A stretch of DNA of 64,000 nucleotides from an uncultured Prevotella sp. Lineage in GTDB: Bacteria > Bacteroidota > Bacteroidia > Bacteroidales > Bacteroidaceae. Location: positions 27,289-91,288 of the forward strand of contig ONAR01000028.1 of NCBI GenBank assembly GCA_900315835.1. The letters run 5' to 3'. The translations under genes were made by a program, and so were the position numbers. The first letter of the stretch is position 1, and the number at the start of each line of letters is the position of its first letter. Below, one piece after another: positions 1-9,439 of the stretch. The notes beneath the pieces are model-generated. The model was not told where the DNA came from. It saw only the letters and a program-made list of their open reading frames with translations, and did no database searches.

Positions 1-249
1 GTTGAACTGACCAACGCCAATGCGTCCACGTTCGTCGACAGCACCGATGCCTCAGGCGTTGCCACCTTCGATGTACCCGGCGGCCTCTACAGCGCCGTCA
101 GTTCCGAAGTATATATCGACACCATCTCGGCCGTGCACTACCGCTACATCTTCAACGGGCGCATGGATCAGCAGGTTATCTCACCCGATAGCGTATCTAA
201 CAACATCACCATCAAGTTGACGATGACGCGGAAGCGCTATTGGGGCTAA
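1..249 (+). CDS. C-terminal fragment of a hypothetical secreted protein (gene continues left of window)
   Basis: Frame 1 is open from base 1 to TAA at 247-249 (...GVATFDVPGGLYSAV...ITIKLTMTRKRYWG*). It has no in-window start, so it is absent from the ORF track. It is co-directional and tightly spaced with the next genes. Confidence 0.5.
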   Translation, partial: VELTNANASTFVDSTDASGVATFDVPGGLYSAVSSEVYIDTISAVHYRYIFNGRMDQQVISPDSVSNNITIKLTMTRKRYWG

Positions 250-287
250 CGAATGATTATTGTTTCATCATCAATAAATTATAGCTT

Positions 288-812
288 ATGAACAGTTTCA
301 TTAAACGATGCAAAGGCTTGTCCTTGTTGCTTGCATTGCTTGTCCTCCCACTGATGGCTTCAGCGGCCGTGAGCAATACGTCGAAGCAACAGGTGCTGGT
401 CATTGTCACGGGCAGCGACAGCCTCGTCTTTGCCCTGACCAATGAGCCCGTCATCACTTATTCGGGCAACAGTCTGGTGGTCAAAAGCCTCAACGACAGT
501 CTCGTAGCCGACCTTGGCGGCACTACCTACTACATTGAGGAGCGCACCATTGCAGACAACGTCACCACCGACATCAACAATGTCACACTGCCGGGTGTCA
601 ACACCGTAAAGCCACAGCTCGCCTTCGGCAACGGTTCCGTGAGCGGTCTGCGCGCCGGCGACGTCGTACGCATCTATCGCGTCAACGGCACCCTCGTCAA
701 AGCCGTCAAAGCCGATGCACAAGGGCATGCAGCCTTGGAGCTCAGTCAGTTGCCCAACGGCATCTTTATCATCAAAACGCCAACCAACAGTATTAAAATC
801 ATTAATCGATAA
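288..812 (+). CDS. small secreted protein with T9SS (Por) C-terminal sorting domain
   Basis: Signal peptide (LSLLLALLVLPLMASAAV). The C-terminus ...VRIYRVNGTLVKAV...LELSQLPNGIFIIKTPTNSIKIINR fits the type-A T9SS CTD pattern. Confidence 0.7.
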   Translation: MNSFIKRCKGLSLLLALLVLPLMASAAVSNTSKQQVLVIVTGSDSLVFALTNEPVITYSGNSLVVKSLNDSLVADLGGTTYYIEERTIADNVTTDINNVTLPGVNTVKPQLAFGNGSVSGLRAGDVVRIYRVNGTLVKAVKADAQGHAALELSQLPNGIFIIKTPTNSIKIINR

Positions 813-817
813 CAGCT

Positions 818-1936
818 ATGAAGAAAATTATACTTACTTTAGTCGCCGCCCTCGGACTGTTCAGCAGCGTCAACGCACAGACATGGAAAATGGTCGTCAC
901 CAAGGATGACGGCACCACTGATACCCTCGCTACCGGTAAAGTGAAGAGCGTCTCCTTTACTGTAGATGACCAAAACACTGAATCCATCATCATCAAGGAG
1001 TTGTACAACGGTGGTTGCCCATTGGATGCTGGCACTAGCTTCTTCCAATATGACAAAGGCTTCATTCTCTACAACAACAGCCCCGAAGTGGCTGTGGCCA
1101 ACAACCTGTGCGTGGGTATGATCAGTCCATATAATTCTAATGCAACCAACAATTGGTACAGCAATGGCGCTTTGACCTATACCGACACCATCCCTGCAAC
1201 TCTCGGCATCTGGTGGTTCCAGCAGCCTGTTATTCTTCGGCCCTATGAGCAGCGCGTGGTGAGTGTCTTTGGTGCTATTGACAACACGCAGACCAACTCT
1301 CAAAGCGTTGACTACGCCCATTCGGCCTACTATACCATGTACGATCCCGAGTCAGGCTTTAAGAATACAAAATACTATCCTACACCTTCCGACAGTATCC
1401 CCACCAGCCACTACCTCAAGGCTTATGAGTTTGGTTTGGGCAATGCATGGTCGCTGAGCGTCACTTCGCCGGGTCTCTTCATTTTCCAGACCAAAGGCGT
1501 CACGCCTAACGCTTTTGCTTCCAATAGCGACAACTACGTCTATGAGCCCGGAAGGCAAGCCACCGCTGCATTCCGTTGTCTGAAGGTGCCCACATCATGG
1601 GTGATTGATGGCATGGAAGTGTTTGTTGCTGGTGATGCCAACAACAAGAAGCGTCTGACAAGCGACATCGATGCCGGCTCAGTCAGTCTGACCAACAAAC
1701 TTGGGCATTCGCTCTACCGGAATGTAGATGCAGAGGCCACAGAAGCATTGCCTGAGAACAGCGGAAAGCTGGTCTACAACTACAGCAAGGCCGTCGACAG
1801 CGCCAACAATGGCGAAGGCGTGATTGACGCCGAAGCCTCCATCCGCAATGGTGCCCACATCATCTACATGGATACCAACAACTCCACCAACGACTTCCAC
1901 GAGCGCACGCAGTTCTCCCTGAGAGACGCTCAGTAA
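818..1936 (+). CDS. hypothetical secreted protein
   Basis: Signal peptide MKKIILTLVAALGLFSSVNAQ, starting 5 nt after the previous stop. No catalytic motif recognised. Its position next to a beta-barrel gene resembles Bacteroidota DUF4876/DUF6850-type modules (family assignment from memory, unverified). Confidence 0.6.
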   Translation: MKKIILTLVAALGLFSSVNAQTWKMVVTKDDGTTDTLATGKVKSVSFTVDDQNTESIIIKELYNGGCPLDAGTSFFQYDKGFILYNNSPEVAVANNLCVGMISPYNSNATNNWYSNGALTYTDTIPATLGIWWFQQPVILRPYEQRVVSVFGAIDNTQTNSQSVDYAHSAYYTMYDPESGFKNTKYYPTPSDSIPTSHYLKAYEFGLGNAWSLSVTSPGLFIFQTKGVTPNAFASNSDNYVYEPGRQATAAFRCLKVPTSWVIDGMEVFVAGDANNKKRLTSDIDAGSVSLTNKLGHSLYRNVDAEATEALPENSGKLVYNYSKAVDSANNGEGVIDAEASIRNGAHIIYMDTNNSTNDFHERTQFSLRDAQ

Positions 1937-1964
1937 ATTGCTTATCACTAATTGATTATCCGTC

Positions 1965-3626
1965 ATGCACAGCTCCACTTTTTTTCTATCACTCATCATA
2001 CTTGCCACCGTCAACCTTGACTGCTCGCAAGCTGTGGCCCACCCCGCCAATAGTGGCAACGGTGGAGCTGGTGCCGACTCTGTTTTGCTCCGCAACAGCG
2101 ACTATGTGACCGACGCCGACCCATGGCTGCCCTATGGCAATGCGGCGGCGCTCACACGATGGCGCAGCGATAACCTCTCGTGGGCAACGCTCAAGGCCAA
2201 CTACGGCTATGGCGGCTTCGTCAACTACAATGAGAGCAGCCGCGACTTGCGTATCGGCACCGATGTGCGGTCAGTCTATCGGCTGTCGAAGCGCACCGTC
2301 GGCTACGGTCGCATCAGCTACGACAACGCAGGGCTACACAACATGACGGGGTCTGTTTTCATTGCACCGGAGCGCTACCCCTTCAATATCGTCGAAGACT
2401 CGCTGACCAATGCGGGTAAGACCCATCAAGACACTTACCACCTCACGGGCGCCATCGGTGTCGACCTGTGGCAGGGACTGTCGCTCGGTGGACGCGTCGA
2501 TTTCACAGCTGCCAATGCAGCCAAATACAAAGACCTGCGCCACAAGAACAAGCTCATGGACATCGACGCCTCGTTCGCGCTCTATTGGCCCATCTCGACA
2601 TGGCTCAACATCGGTGCCAACTACCGTTACCTGCGCCATAGCGAGAGCCTCATCTTCAGCACCTATTCCAGCAACGACATCACCTACAAGTCGTTCATCG
2701 AATACGGCGGCATGATGGGAATGGTGGAGCAGTACAGTTCCAGTACGACCAACGGACTCACCAGTTCAAGCACCGAGCGACCGCTCTTCTACGACGGTCA
2801 CGGCTACGGCGTTCAGGCAGAGTTGCGTCTCTTGCCCGGTCTGACGTGGACCAATACGTGGGATATGGCTTACCTCAAAGGCTATTACGGCAAGGACACG
2901 CCCTACGACATCGTTTACATGCGCCACCACACGCATCGCTATCGCTTCACCACACGCCTGCAATATCACGCCAACCGCAGCCTCCACCATCTTGATGCGA
3001 GCATCGAAAACGAGAAACTGCGCAACTTCCAGAACCAGTACCGGCTCAGCACCAATGATCACGGCGCCCGTTACTACGAGTATTTCCAGCCGCTGAAGAC
3101 TGCCGACAAGGTGTGGGTGAACACCCACATCGGCTACACCGGCTACTTCGGACTCAACGGCGAGACACCGACATGGCTGGTGCAAGGTGGTGCGCGCATC
3201 GCTTACCGCAAATTGACAGCCTACAACTACCCCTACTACCGGCGTCAGCATTGGACGAGTACCGAGGGCTATCTCAACGTGGCGCGCAACTTATTGATGC
3301 GCAAGGGCATCCTCACCATCGAGGGTGGTTTCTCTTACATCAAGGGGAAGGGCGATCCGTATGAGGACGGCACCTTCATTGAACCAAGCGACAAGCAAAC
3401 GCAACCCGACGAGATGACCACCTTCCTCTACCGGGAATATGCAGCATTGATGGCACCACAATACGCCCTGCGCACAGCGGTGCAATACGCATTCATCTTC
3501 CCCACGACGCAGCTGAAGAGCTATGTGCGCACCGACTTCACCTATCGCCATTGCAATGTCGGCAACGACTATCTGCAAGGCACGATGCACTGGAACCTCG
3601 GCATCACCTTAGGCGTGAATTTCTAA
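1965..3626 (+). CDS. outer-membrane beta-barrel protein (DUF6850-like)
   Basis: N-terminal signal sequence, Gly/aromatic-rich alternating beta-strand pattern, and a terminal ...NLGITLGVNF with the C-terminal Phe typical of BAM substrates. Confidence 0.65.
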   Translation: MHSSTFFLSLIILATVNLDCSQAVAHPANSGNGGAGADSVLLRNSDYVTDADPWLPYGNAAALTRWRSDNLSWATLKANYGYGGFVNYNESSRDLRIGTDVRSVYRLSKRTVGYGRISYDNAGLHNMTGSVFIAPERYPFNIVEDSLTNAGKTHQDTYHLTGAIGVDLWQGLSLGGRVDFTAANAAKYKDLRHKNKLMDIDASFALYWPISTWLNIGANYRYLRHSESLIFSTYSSNDITYKSFIEYGGMMGMVEQYSSSTTNGLTSSSTERPLFYDGHGYGVQAELRLLPGLTWTNTWDMAYLKGYYGKDTPYDIVYMRHHTHRYRFTTRLQYHANRSLHHLDASIENEKLRNFQNQYRLSTNDHGARYYEYFQPLKTADKVWVNTHIGYTGYFGLNGETPTWLVQGGARIAYRKLTAYNYPYYRRQHWTSTEGYLNVARNLLMRKGILTIEGGFSYIKGKGDPYEDGTFIEPSDKQTQPDEMTTFLYREYAALMAPQYALRTAVQYAFIFPTTQLKSYVRTDFTYRHCNVGNDYLQGTMHWNLGITLGVNF

Positions 3627-3662
3627 CTGACAACCTTTTATTCACTCATTTGCAAAAACATT

Positions 3663-6482
3663 ATGAGAAAGAACATTATCCTTCTTCTACTTCTTTTCCT
3701 CGTAGCCGTCACCGGAGCAGCCCAGTCGTTGCCCCAGGATGACAGCTACCGCGTGGGTAAGTTGAGAAACGGACTCACCTATTACATCCGCCACAACGCC
3801 AAGGAAGCTGGCATTGCCGACTTCTACATCGCCCAGCGCGTGGGTTCTATCCTTGAGGAGCCCCGGCAACGCGGTCTGGCCCACTTCCTCGAGCACATGG
3901 CTTTCAATGGCTCGCAAAACTTCCAAGGCACTGCCACTTCACCTTCCATCGTGCATTGGTGCGAGGCCCACGGCGTTAAGTTTGGCGCCAACCTCAACGC
4001 CTACACCAGTGTCGATGAGACGGTCTATCACGTCGGGGCTGTTCCTGTCAGGCAGCAGAGCGTCATTGACTCCACCCTACTCATTCTCCACGACTGGAGC
4101 CACTACCTCAACCTGACCGGCACCGAGATTGACAAGGAGCGCGGCGTCATCCATGAGGAATGGCGCAACCGTCGTTCAGGAATGGCCGTACAACGCCTTA
4201 TGGAGCAGGCCATGCCCATCATCTATAAAGGCTCAAAGTATGCCGACTGCATGCCCATCGGTTCGATGGACATCGTCGACAACTTCCCTTACAACGACCT
4301 GCGCGACTACTACCACAAGTGGTATCGCCCTGACCTGCAGGCCATCATCGTGGTGGGCGACATCGACGTCGACCAGATGGAGCAGAAGATCAAGCAGACG
4401 TTCAGCAGCATCCCCATGCCCGAGAACCCGGCCAAGCGCATCTACTACCCCGTGCCCGACAACGACAAGATGATTGTGGCTAAACTCAAGGATGCAGAAC
4501 AGCCCATCATGCTCGTCAATCTCTATATGAAGAAGGAGGCTACGCCCGACAACGAGAAGAACACGAAGCAGTACATGCGCGACAACTACATCGACGCGCT
4601 CATCTCCTACATGGCCGGCGAGCGCCTCAACGAGATGCAGGAAGCCTCACCGAAGCCTTGCCTCAGCGCCTCGGCTCAATTAGGTATGTACTTCGTCAGT
4701 AAGACCAAGGATGCCTTCAACCTCGCCTTCGGTGCACGTCAGGACAATGTCAAGGGCAGCTTCGACGCCGCCGTTGGCGTTGTGGAGCGCATCCGCCAGC
4801 ATGGCTTTACCCAAAGCGAGCTCGACCGCGCCAAAGCTTTCAGCAGCAAGAGGGCCGACCGCTCATGGCAAGCCCGCAACGACCGCCGCAACAGCTACTA
4901 CGTAAGACTGGCGCAGGCCAACTTCCTCGACGGCGAGCCACTGCTCTCAGCTGAAGAGAGCAAGTCGCTGAATGATGAATTCAGCAAGAGCGTCACCTTG
5001 GCTGAAGTCAACAAAGCTATGAAAGCAGCCATCACCGACAAGAATCAGGTGCTGGTGGTCTATATGCCCGACAAGCCCGACTTTACTTCCATCACCGAGC
5101 AGCAACTTGAGCAGTACGTGCTCGATGCACAAGCCAAGAAATACCCCGCTTATAAGGAAGCCCCCGCTCCCACCAAACTGATGGCGAAGACACCGAAGCC
5201 AGGCCGTATCGTCAGCGAGAAGCCTTCGGTCAACGGTACGACGGAGCTGACGCTGAGCAATGGCGTGAAGGTGTATTACCGCCGCACCAACTACCAGGCC
5301 GACTACCTCATGACCCGCCTGTGGGGCGAAGGCGGCTCTTCGCTCTATCCAGCTGCCGACATGCCCAACATGCGGATGATCTCCACCGCCATCTCTGAAG
5401 CCGGAGTGGGCAATCTCAGCAAGAGCGACCTCGACAAGGTGCTGGCATCGAAGACTGTGCGCATCCGCCCGAACGTAGGCAATGAGACGCAGAGTATCAA
5501 CGGTACCTCATCGCTCAAGGACGCCGAGACGCTGTTCCAACTCACTTATCTCTACTTCACGCAGCCCCGCCGCGACGACAAGGCTTTTGCCAATGAAGTC
5601 GACCGCATGAGATCATTCCTCACCAACCGCAACGCCAGTCCGAAGGTGAGCTACAACGACTCTATTGCCTACGCCGTTTATGGCGATAACCCGCGCACCA
5701 ACCCCTTCGTCTTAGCCGACCTCGATAAGGTGAGCTACGACCGTGTGCTGCAAATCTATAAGGAGCGCTTTGCCGACGCCAGCGGCTTCCGCATGATGGT
5801 CATCGGCAACATCAGTCTCGATAGTCTGCGCCCTCTGCTGACGACCTACATTGCCTCGCTGCCCGCCAAAGGCCACATCGACAAGACGGTCGACAACTTC
5901 CCCGCCATTGTTGACGGCATGAAGGTACACGAATGGACCCGCGACACCAAGACGCCGCAGAGCAATGTCACCGTCATCTATACCTGGCAGGAGCCCGTCA
6001 CAGCGAAGAACGACCTCACGCTCGATGCCCTGCGCCGCGTGCTGTCTATCGCTTACGTCGACTCTGTACGTGAGGAGAAAGGCGGCGTGTATGGCATCAG
6101 CACCGAAGCCAGCATAGACGCCACCAGCAGGCCGACCGGCATGCTGAAGCTCTCGTTCACCACCGGACCAGACAAATATAAGATGGTGATGCCCATTGTG
6201 TTGCAGCAGTTGCAGAACATCGCCGACCACGGTCCGCTCGACGTGAGCCTGAACAAGGTGAAGGAATATCTGACGAAGCAATACGGCCAGGCCGTCATTA
6301 CCAATGACTATTGGAACTACGTCATCTACAACAACCTGCGCTACGGCATCGATTATGACAAGGATTATCTGAAGATGGTCAGCGACCTGACGGCTGACGA
6401 CCTGCAGCAAATGGCCCGCCGCATCGTCAACAGCCAGCGCCGCATCATCGTTACGATGCACTCGGTGGCAAAGAAAGGATAA
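3663..6482 (+). CDS. M16 family (pitrilysin/insulinase-like) zinc metallopeptidase, secreted
   Basis: Signal peptide. Inverted zinc motif HxxEH in GLAHFLEHMAFNGS. 939 aa with the duplicated M16 active and inactive halves. Confidence 0.9.
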   Translation: MRKNIILLLLLFLVAVTGAAQSLPQDDSYRVGKLRNGLTYYIRHNAKEAGIADFYIAQRVGSILEEPRQRGLAHFLEHMAFNGSQNFQGTATSPSIVHWCEAHGVKFGANLNAYTSVDETVYHVGAVPVRQQSVIDSTLLILHDWSHYLNLTGTEIDKERGVIHEEWRNRRSGMAVQRLMEQAMPIIYKGSKYADCMPIGSMDIVDNFPYNDLRDYYHKWYRPDLQAIIVVGDIDVDQMEQKIKQTFSSIPMPENPAKRIYYPVPDNDKMIVAKLKDAEQPIMLVNLYMKKEATPDNEKNTKQYMRDNYIDALISYMAGERLNEMQEASPKPCLSASAQLGMYFVSKTKDAFNLAFGARQDNVKGSFDAAVGVVERIRQHGFTQSELDRAKAFSSKRADRSWQARNDRRNSYYVRLAQANFLDGEPLLSAEESKSLNDEFSKSVTLAEVNKAMKAAITDKNQVLVVYMPDKPDFTSITEQQLEQYVLDAQAKKYPAYKEAPAPTKLMAKTPKPGRIVSEKPSVNGTTELTLSNGVKVYYRRTNYQADYLMTRLWGEGGSSLYPAADMPNMRMISTAISEAGVGNLSKSDLDKVLASKTVRIRPNVGNETQSINGTSSLKDAETLFQLTYLYFTQPRRDDKAFANEVDRMRSFLTNRNASPKVSYNDSIAYAVYGDNPRTNPFVLADLDKVSYDRVLQIYKERFADASGFRMMVIGNISLDSLRPLLTTYIASLPAKGHIDKTVDNFPAIVDGMKVHEWTRDTKTPQSNVTVIYTWQEPVTAKNDLTLDALRRVLSIAYVDSVREEKGGVYGISTEASIDATSRPTGMLKLSFTTGPDKYKMVMPIVLQQLQNIADHGPLDVSLNKVKEYLTKQYGQAVITNDYWNYVIYNNLRYGIDYDKDYLKMVSDLTADDLQQMARRIVNSQRRIIVTMHSVAKKG

Positions 6483-6531
6483 TAGCATTACCACATCCTG
6501 GTAATCGCATTGAACCATAATATTCAAAAAT

Positions 6532-6574
6532 CAAACCCCATGGCATAGGCAGAAAGCTATCGCCATGGGGTTTG
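6532..6574. terminator. bidirectional rho-independent terminator between convergent genes
   Basis: Perfect 13-bp stem caaaccccatggc (6532-6544) / gccatggggtttg (6562-6574) between the M16 peptidase and cdd 3' ends. Confidence 0.6.
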
Positions 6575-6640
6575 ACGTTGATGGTCGTATTCTCCTCAAC
6601 GGTTGCTATCCAGCTCGAGGCTGGCATTGCAAGAGCTAAG

Positions 6641-7120
6641 CTATCGCATGTCGCTGTCGGTGAAGCAGAAGGGCAGCAGGTCCTTGATGCTATGCATGCG
6701 GTAGATGCCCGACTTGCCATAGAGCAGTATCTCGATGGGTTGTTGGTAGCGGTCCTCCATCTCGATAACCACCTGACGACAGGAGCCGCAAGGTGAGACC
6801 GGTTTGTCGCGCAATACGCCCCCACTGCGCGCGGCAATGGCGAGCATACGGATGGGCTGGTCGGGGTAATTGGATTGAGCGGCAAAGATAGCGGAGCGCT
6901 CTGCACACAAGCCCGATGGGAAGGCGGCATTCTCCTGGTTGGCACCAATGACCACAGTGCCGTCGTTGAGCAATACGGCGGCGCCGACGCAGAAATGGCT
7001 GTATCGCGCGTACGAATTGCGCGTTGCGTCGCAAGCCCGCTGCACCAGCATCTGTTCGTCGGCATTCAACTCTTCAAACGAACAGAAGTCGTAGTCGATT
7101 TCAAGTTTCAGTTGCTTCAT
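6641..7120 (-). CDS. cdd: cytidine deaminase
   Basis: CAERSAIF (H/C-A-E) and PCGSCRQV zinc-ligand motifs. 159 aa. Confidence 0.9.
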   Translation of the reverse strand: MKQLKLEIDYDFCSFEELNADEQMLVQRACDATRNSYARYSHFCVGAAVLLNDGTVVIGANQENAAFPSGLCAERSAIFAAQSNYPDQPIRMLAIAARSGGVLRDKPVSPCGSCRQVVIEMEDRYQQPIEILLYGKSGIYRMHSIKDLLPFCFTDSDMR

Positions 7121-7132
7121 ATCGCAAAGTCT

Positions 7133-8578
7133 TTAATCTTCAGGTTTAATATATTCATAAGCGCCGATATCCGGCGTTTTCTTTCTGATCACACCAAGCC
7201 GGTCATCGGGCAAGGCTGTTGCTGGATTGGCCTTACCAATAGCGGCCGACACACTGTCAAGGCGGAAGTCATAGATGAGGTTGTCGGTGTCGATCTTATA
7301 GAAATGCTTCTCGCCCATGGTCGTTGTGTCCTTCACATCTTCGTAGATGACATTGGTGAAATGCACGCTGTCGGCAGTCGTCACCTTCGGCGTGCGGATG
7401 ATGCAATAGTCGAAGAGGTAATGGTCGAGCGCCGTCGTGTCAACGGCCGACCCCATCAATACATTGTCAGCATAACCGGTGAGCAGTGAGTTGGTCACCG
7501 ACAGACCGACAATCGGGTAACTGTTGTTGAAAGCCAGCGCTGCCCCACGCTGAGAGTCGAAAGGATAGAACTGCGCCAGCGTAGCGTTGTTCACGCTGAC
7601 GTCGCCACCGTTGACCAGCAGGCAGTCGTTGAGCGTATTGGTAATCTGCACATCCTCAAGCGTCACCTTGGCGTTGGTGGTCACGAGGCCGTAGCCCTGA
7701 CAGTTATGAATCGTCGCATGACTGAGCAGCAGCGTCTGCCGCGCCACGTCGGAAGAATCAACGGTAATGGCCGTGTTAGTGCTGTGCAACTCCGTGTAAC
7801 GCAACTCGTTATCGAATGAGGAAGAATGAAAGCGAACGCCCATCCACTGCGCCGGAACACGGTCGTAGGGCAGATAGTTAAACATGTGGTCGATGCGGTC
7901 GCCGCGCAACAAGATGCCGTTGTCGGCCGTTCCAATCGACCGCAGCCGACCATAGACATCCATTCCTGCATCGGAATGGAAATAGAGCGTCGACCCCGGC
8001 GTAATGGTCAGCGTGGCTCCGCTGTCCACCCTGATGTCGCCGTAGATGATGGTTGGCGTGGTCGACGCATCGAGCGTAGAGTCTTTCGTAATATGCACAT
8101 TGCGCAGCAACCGTGCATTCCAAGCCCACGCGTTGAGGTTGACGCGCTGCTCCACGCCACTCTCCAAGGTGAAGATGAGGTTATCTGACTGCTCCTCCGG
8201 CGTTGCAATACTCGCTGTCGGCAGTGTGGCCTCAATAAACACGCGTATGCAGTCTTTGTTGCGGACCTCCACTTCATTGGTGCTGTAATCGTTGTCTTCG
8301 CCCAGATAGATGCCATCCACATTGACGCGGAAACCCGACTGCGCACCGCGCTCGAGGCGGATGCTCGTACAGCGCAGGCCGTCGCCCGAGCGGTTGAACG
8401 CCCACAACGTCTTGGCAGCCGACGGCACATTACTGAACAAGGTGTCGAGCTTCACCGTGTCGGTAGAGAATGTGAGCAGGTTGGAGGGCGACGTGGTGAA
8501 ACTGTCGTCGTCCTGACAAGCGGCCATCAACCAAACCATGGCGAAGGAAAGAAAAAGTATAATGTCTTTCTTCAGCAT
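7133..8578 (-). CDS. lipoprotein with right-handed parallel beta-helix repeats
   Basis: Lipobox ...VWLMAAC at the N-terminus. Repetitive approx 22-aa N/T/G-rich segments (ATIHNCQGYGLVTTNAKVTLEDVQITNTLNDCLLVNGGDVSVNNATL). Confidence 0.7.
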   Translation of the reverse strand: MLKKDIILFLSFAMVWLMAACQDDDSFTTSPSNLLTFSTDTVKLDTLFSNVPSAAKTLWAFNRSGDGLRCTSIRLERGAQSGFRVNVDGIYLGEDNDYSTNEVEVRNKDCIRVFIEATLPTASIATPEEQSDNLIFTLESGVEQRVNLNAWAWNARLLRNVHITKDSTLDASTTPTIIYGDIRVDSGATLTITPGSTLYFHSDAGMDVYGRLRSIGTADNGILLRGDRIDHMFNYLPYDRVPAQWMGVRFHSSSFDNELRYTELHSTNTAITVDSSDVARQTLLLSHATIHNCQGYGLVTTNAKVTLEDVQITNTLNDCLLVNGGDVSVNNATLAQFYPFDSQRGAALAFNNSYPIVGLSVTNSLLTGYADNVLMGSAVDTTALDHYLFDYCIIRTPKVTTADSVHFTNVIYEDVKDTTTMGEKHFYKIDTDNLIYDFRLDSVSAAIGKANPATALPDDRLGVIRKKTPDIGAYEYIKPED

Positions 8579-8617
8579 ATCATTATTTTATATTGGTATA
8601 ACGGCCGTCATCGTATT

Positions 8618-9247
8618 TTATTGCATGACTTTGACGCCATGCGTGAAGTCATCGATGAGTTCATCGGCATATTGCGCCACCACTTCCCGCGGATTGGTCG
8701 TAGCGACACCGACGAGATAGATGCCGGCGGCTTTAACGCTGCGCATGCCGTTGACGCTGTCTTCAAAGCCCACACACTCGGCTGGAGTTACGCCCAGCGT
8801 CTTGGCACCTAAAAGGAAGCAGTCGGGGGCCGGCTTGCTGCGCGTGAAGTCCTCGCTGGTGAGCACGGCGTCGAAGAGCGATTTGAAGTCGGGATGCTGC
8901 TGATAGACCTGCGCCATCTTCGAATGGTTGCTGCTGGTCACCACAGCCGTCTTGATGCCTTTCTGCCGCAATTGGAGCAGAAAATCGTGTACGCCGGGGA
9001 TATAGTCGAAGCGCATGTGGGCTTCGAAATCGTCCAATGCTGCGGTGATACGCTGCTGCAGCGCGGGCTGACCAGGGAAATATTGGTCGTAAATCTGCAC
9101 CAGCGTCATGCCTTTGATGCGGTGGTGGAAGTCGGGAACATCGGGCTTAAACTGTCGCCCTTGGTTCTCCCAAAACTGCGAGTAAAGTGGTTCGGTATCG
9201 AAAATGACACCATCTAAATCAAATAGTGCTGCCTTATAAATCATCAT
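8618..9247 (-). CDS. HAD-family hydrolase (beta-phosphoglucomutase-like)
   Basis: Motif I LFDLDGVIFDTE directly after MMIYKAA. I chose the ATG at 9247 because the longer track ORF (9310) starts upstream of the TAACTTTG promoter box at 9265-9272. Confidence 0.85.
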   Translation of the reverse strand: MMIYKAALFDLDGVIFDTEPLYSQFWENQGRQFKPDVPDFHHRIKGMTLVQIYDQYFPGQPALQQRITAALDDFEAHMRFDYIPGVHDFLLQLRQKGIKTAVVTSSNHSKMAQVYQQHPDFKSLFDAVLTSEDFTRSKPAPDCFLLGAKTLGVTPAECVGFEDSVNGMRSVKAAGIYLVGVATTNPREVVAQYADELIDDFTHGVKVMQ

Positions 9248-9264
9248 TGTCTGCGGTTTGCCTA

Positions 9265-9272
9265 CAAAGTTA
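9265..9272 (-). promoter_or_regulatory. Bacteroidota -7 promoter box (TAACTTTG)
   Basis: Reverse complement of caaagtta. 17 nt upstream of the HAD hydrolase ATG. Confidence 0.5.
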
Positions 9273-9439
9273 CGACAATTTACGCATAATGAAGAAGAAA
9301 CAATGACCAAAATATATTCTTAGAGCGTTGATGCGATAGCACCCTTTCTCGATTGAATGATGTTCAACAAGCATTCGCATGACGGTCGTCAAACGATAAC
9401 GCGACGACCGACATGCGATGATAAAAGCATGGTAGTGGC

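Noticed and set aside
5712-6527. Long antisense shadow ORFs in the track (e.g. 5712..6527, 11738..12505, 18918..19847, 22771..23622, 32221..33264, 35898..36797, 38406..39407, 48896..49708, 59517..60314)
   Set aside because: Each lies entirely opposite a gene with clear family motifs. Their compositions are Arg/Ala/Gly/Val-rich, as expected from GC-rich antisense frames. No motifs were recognised.
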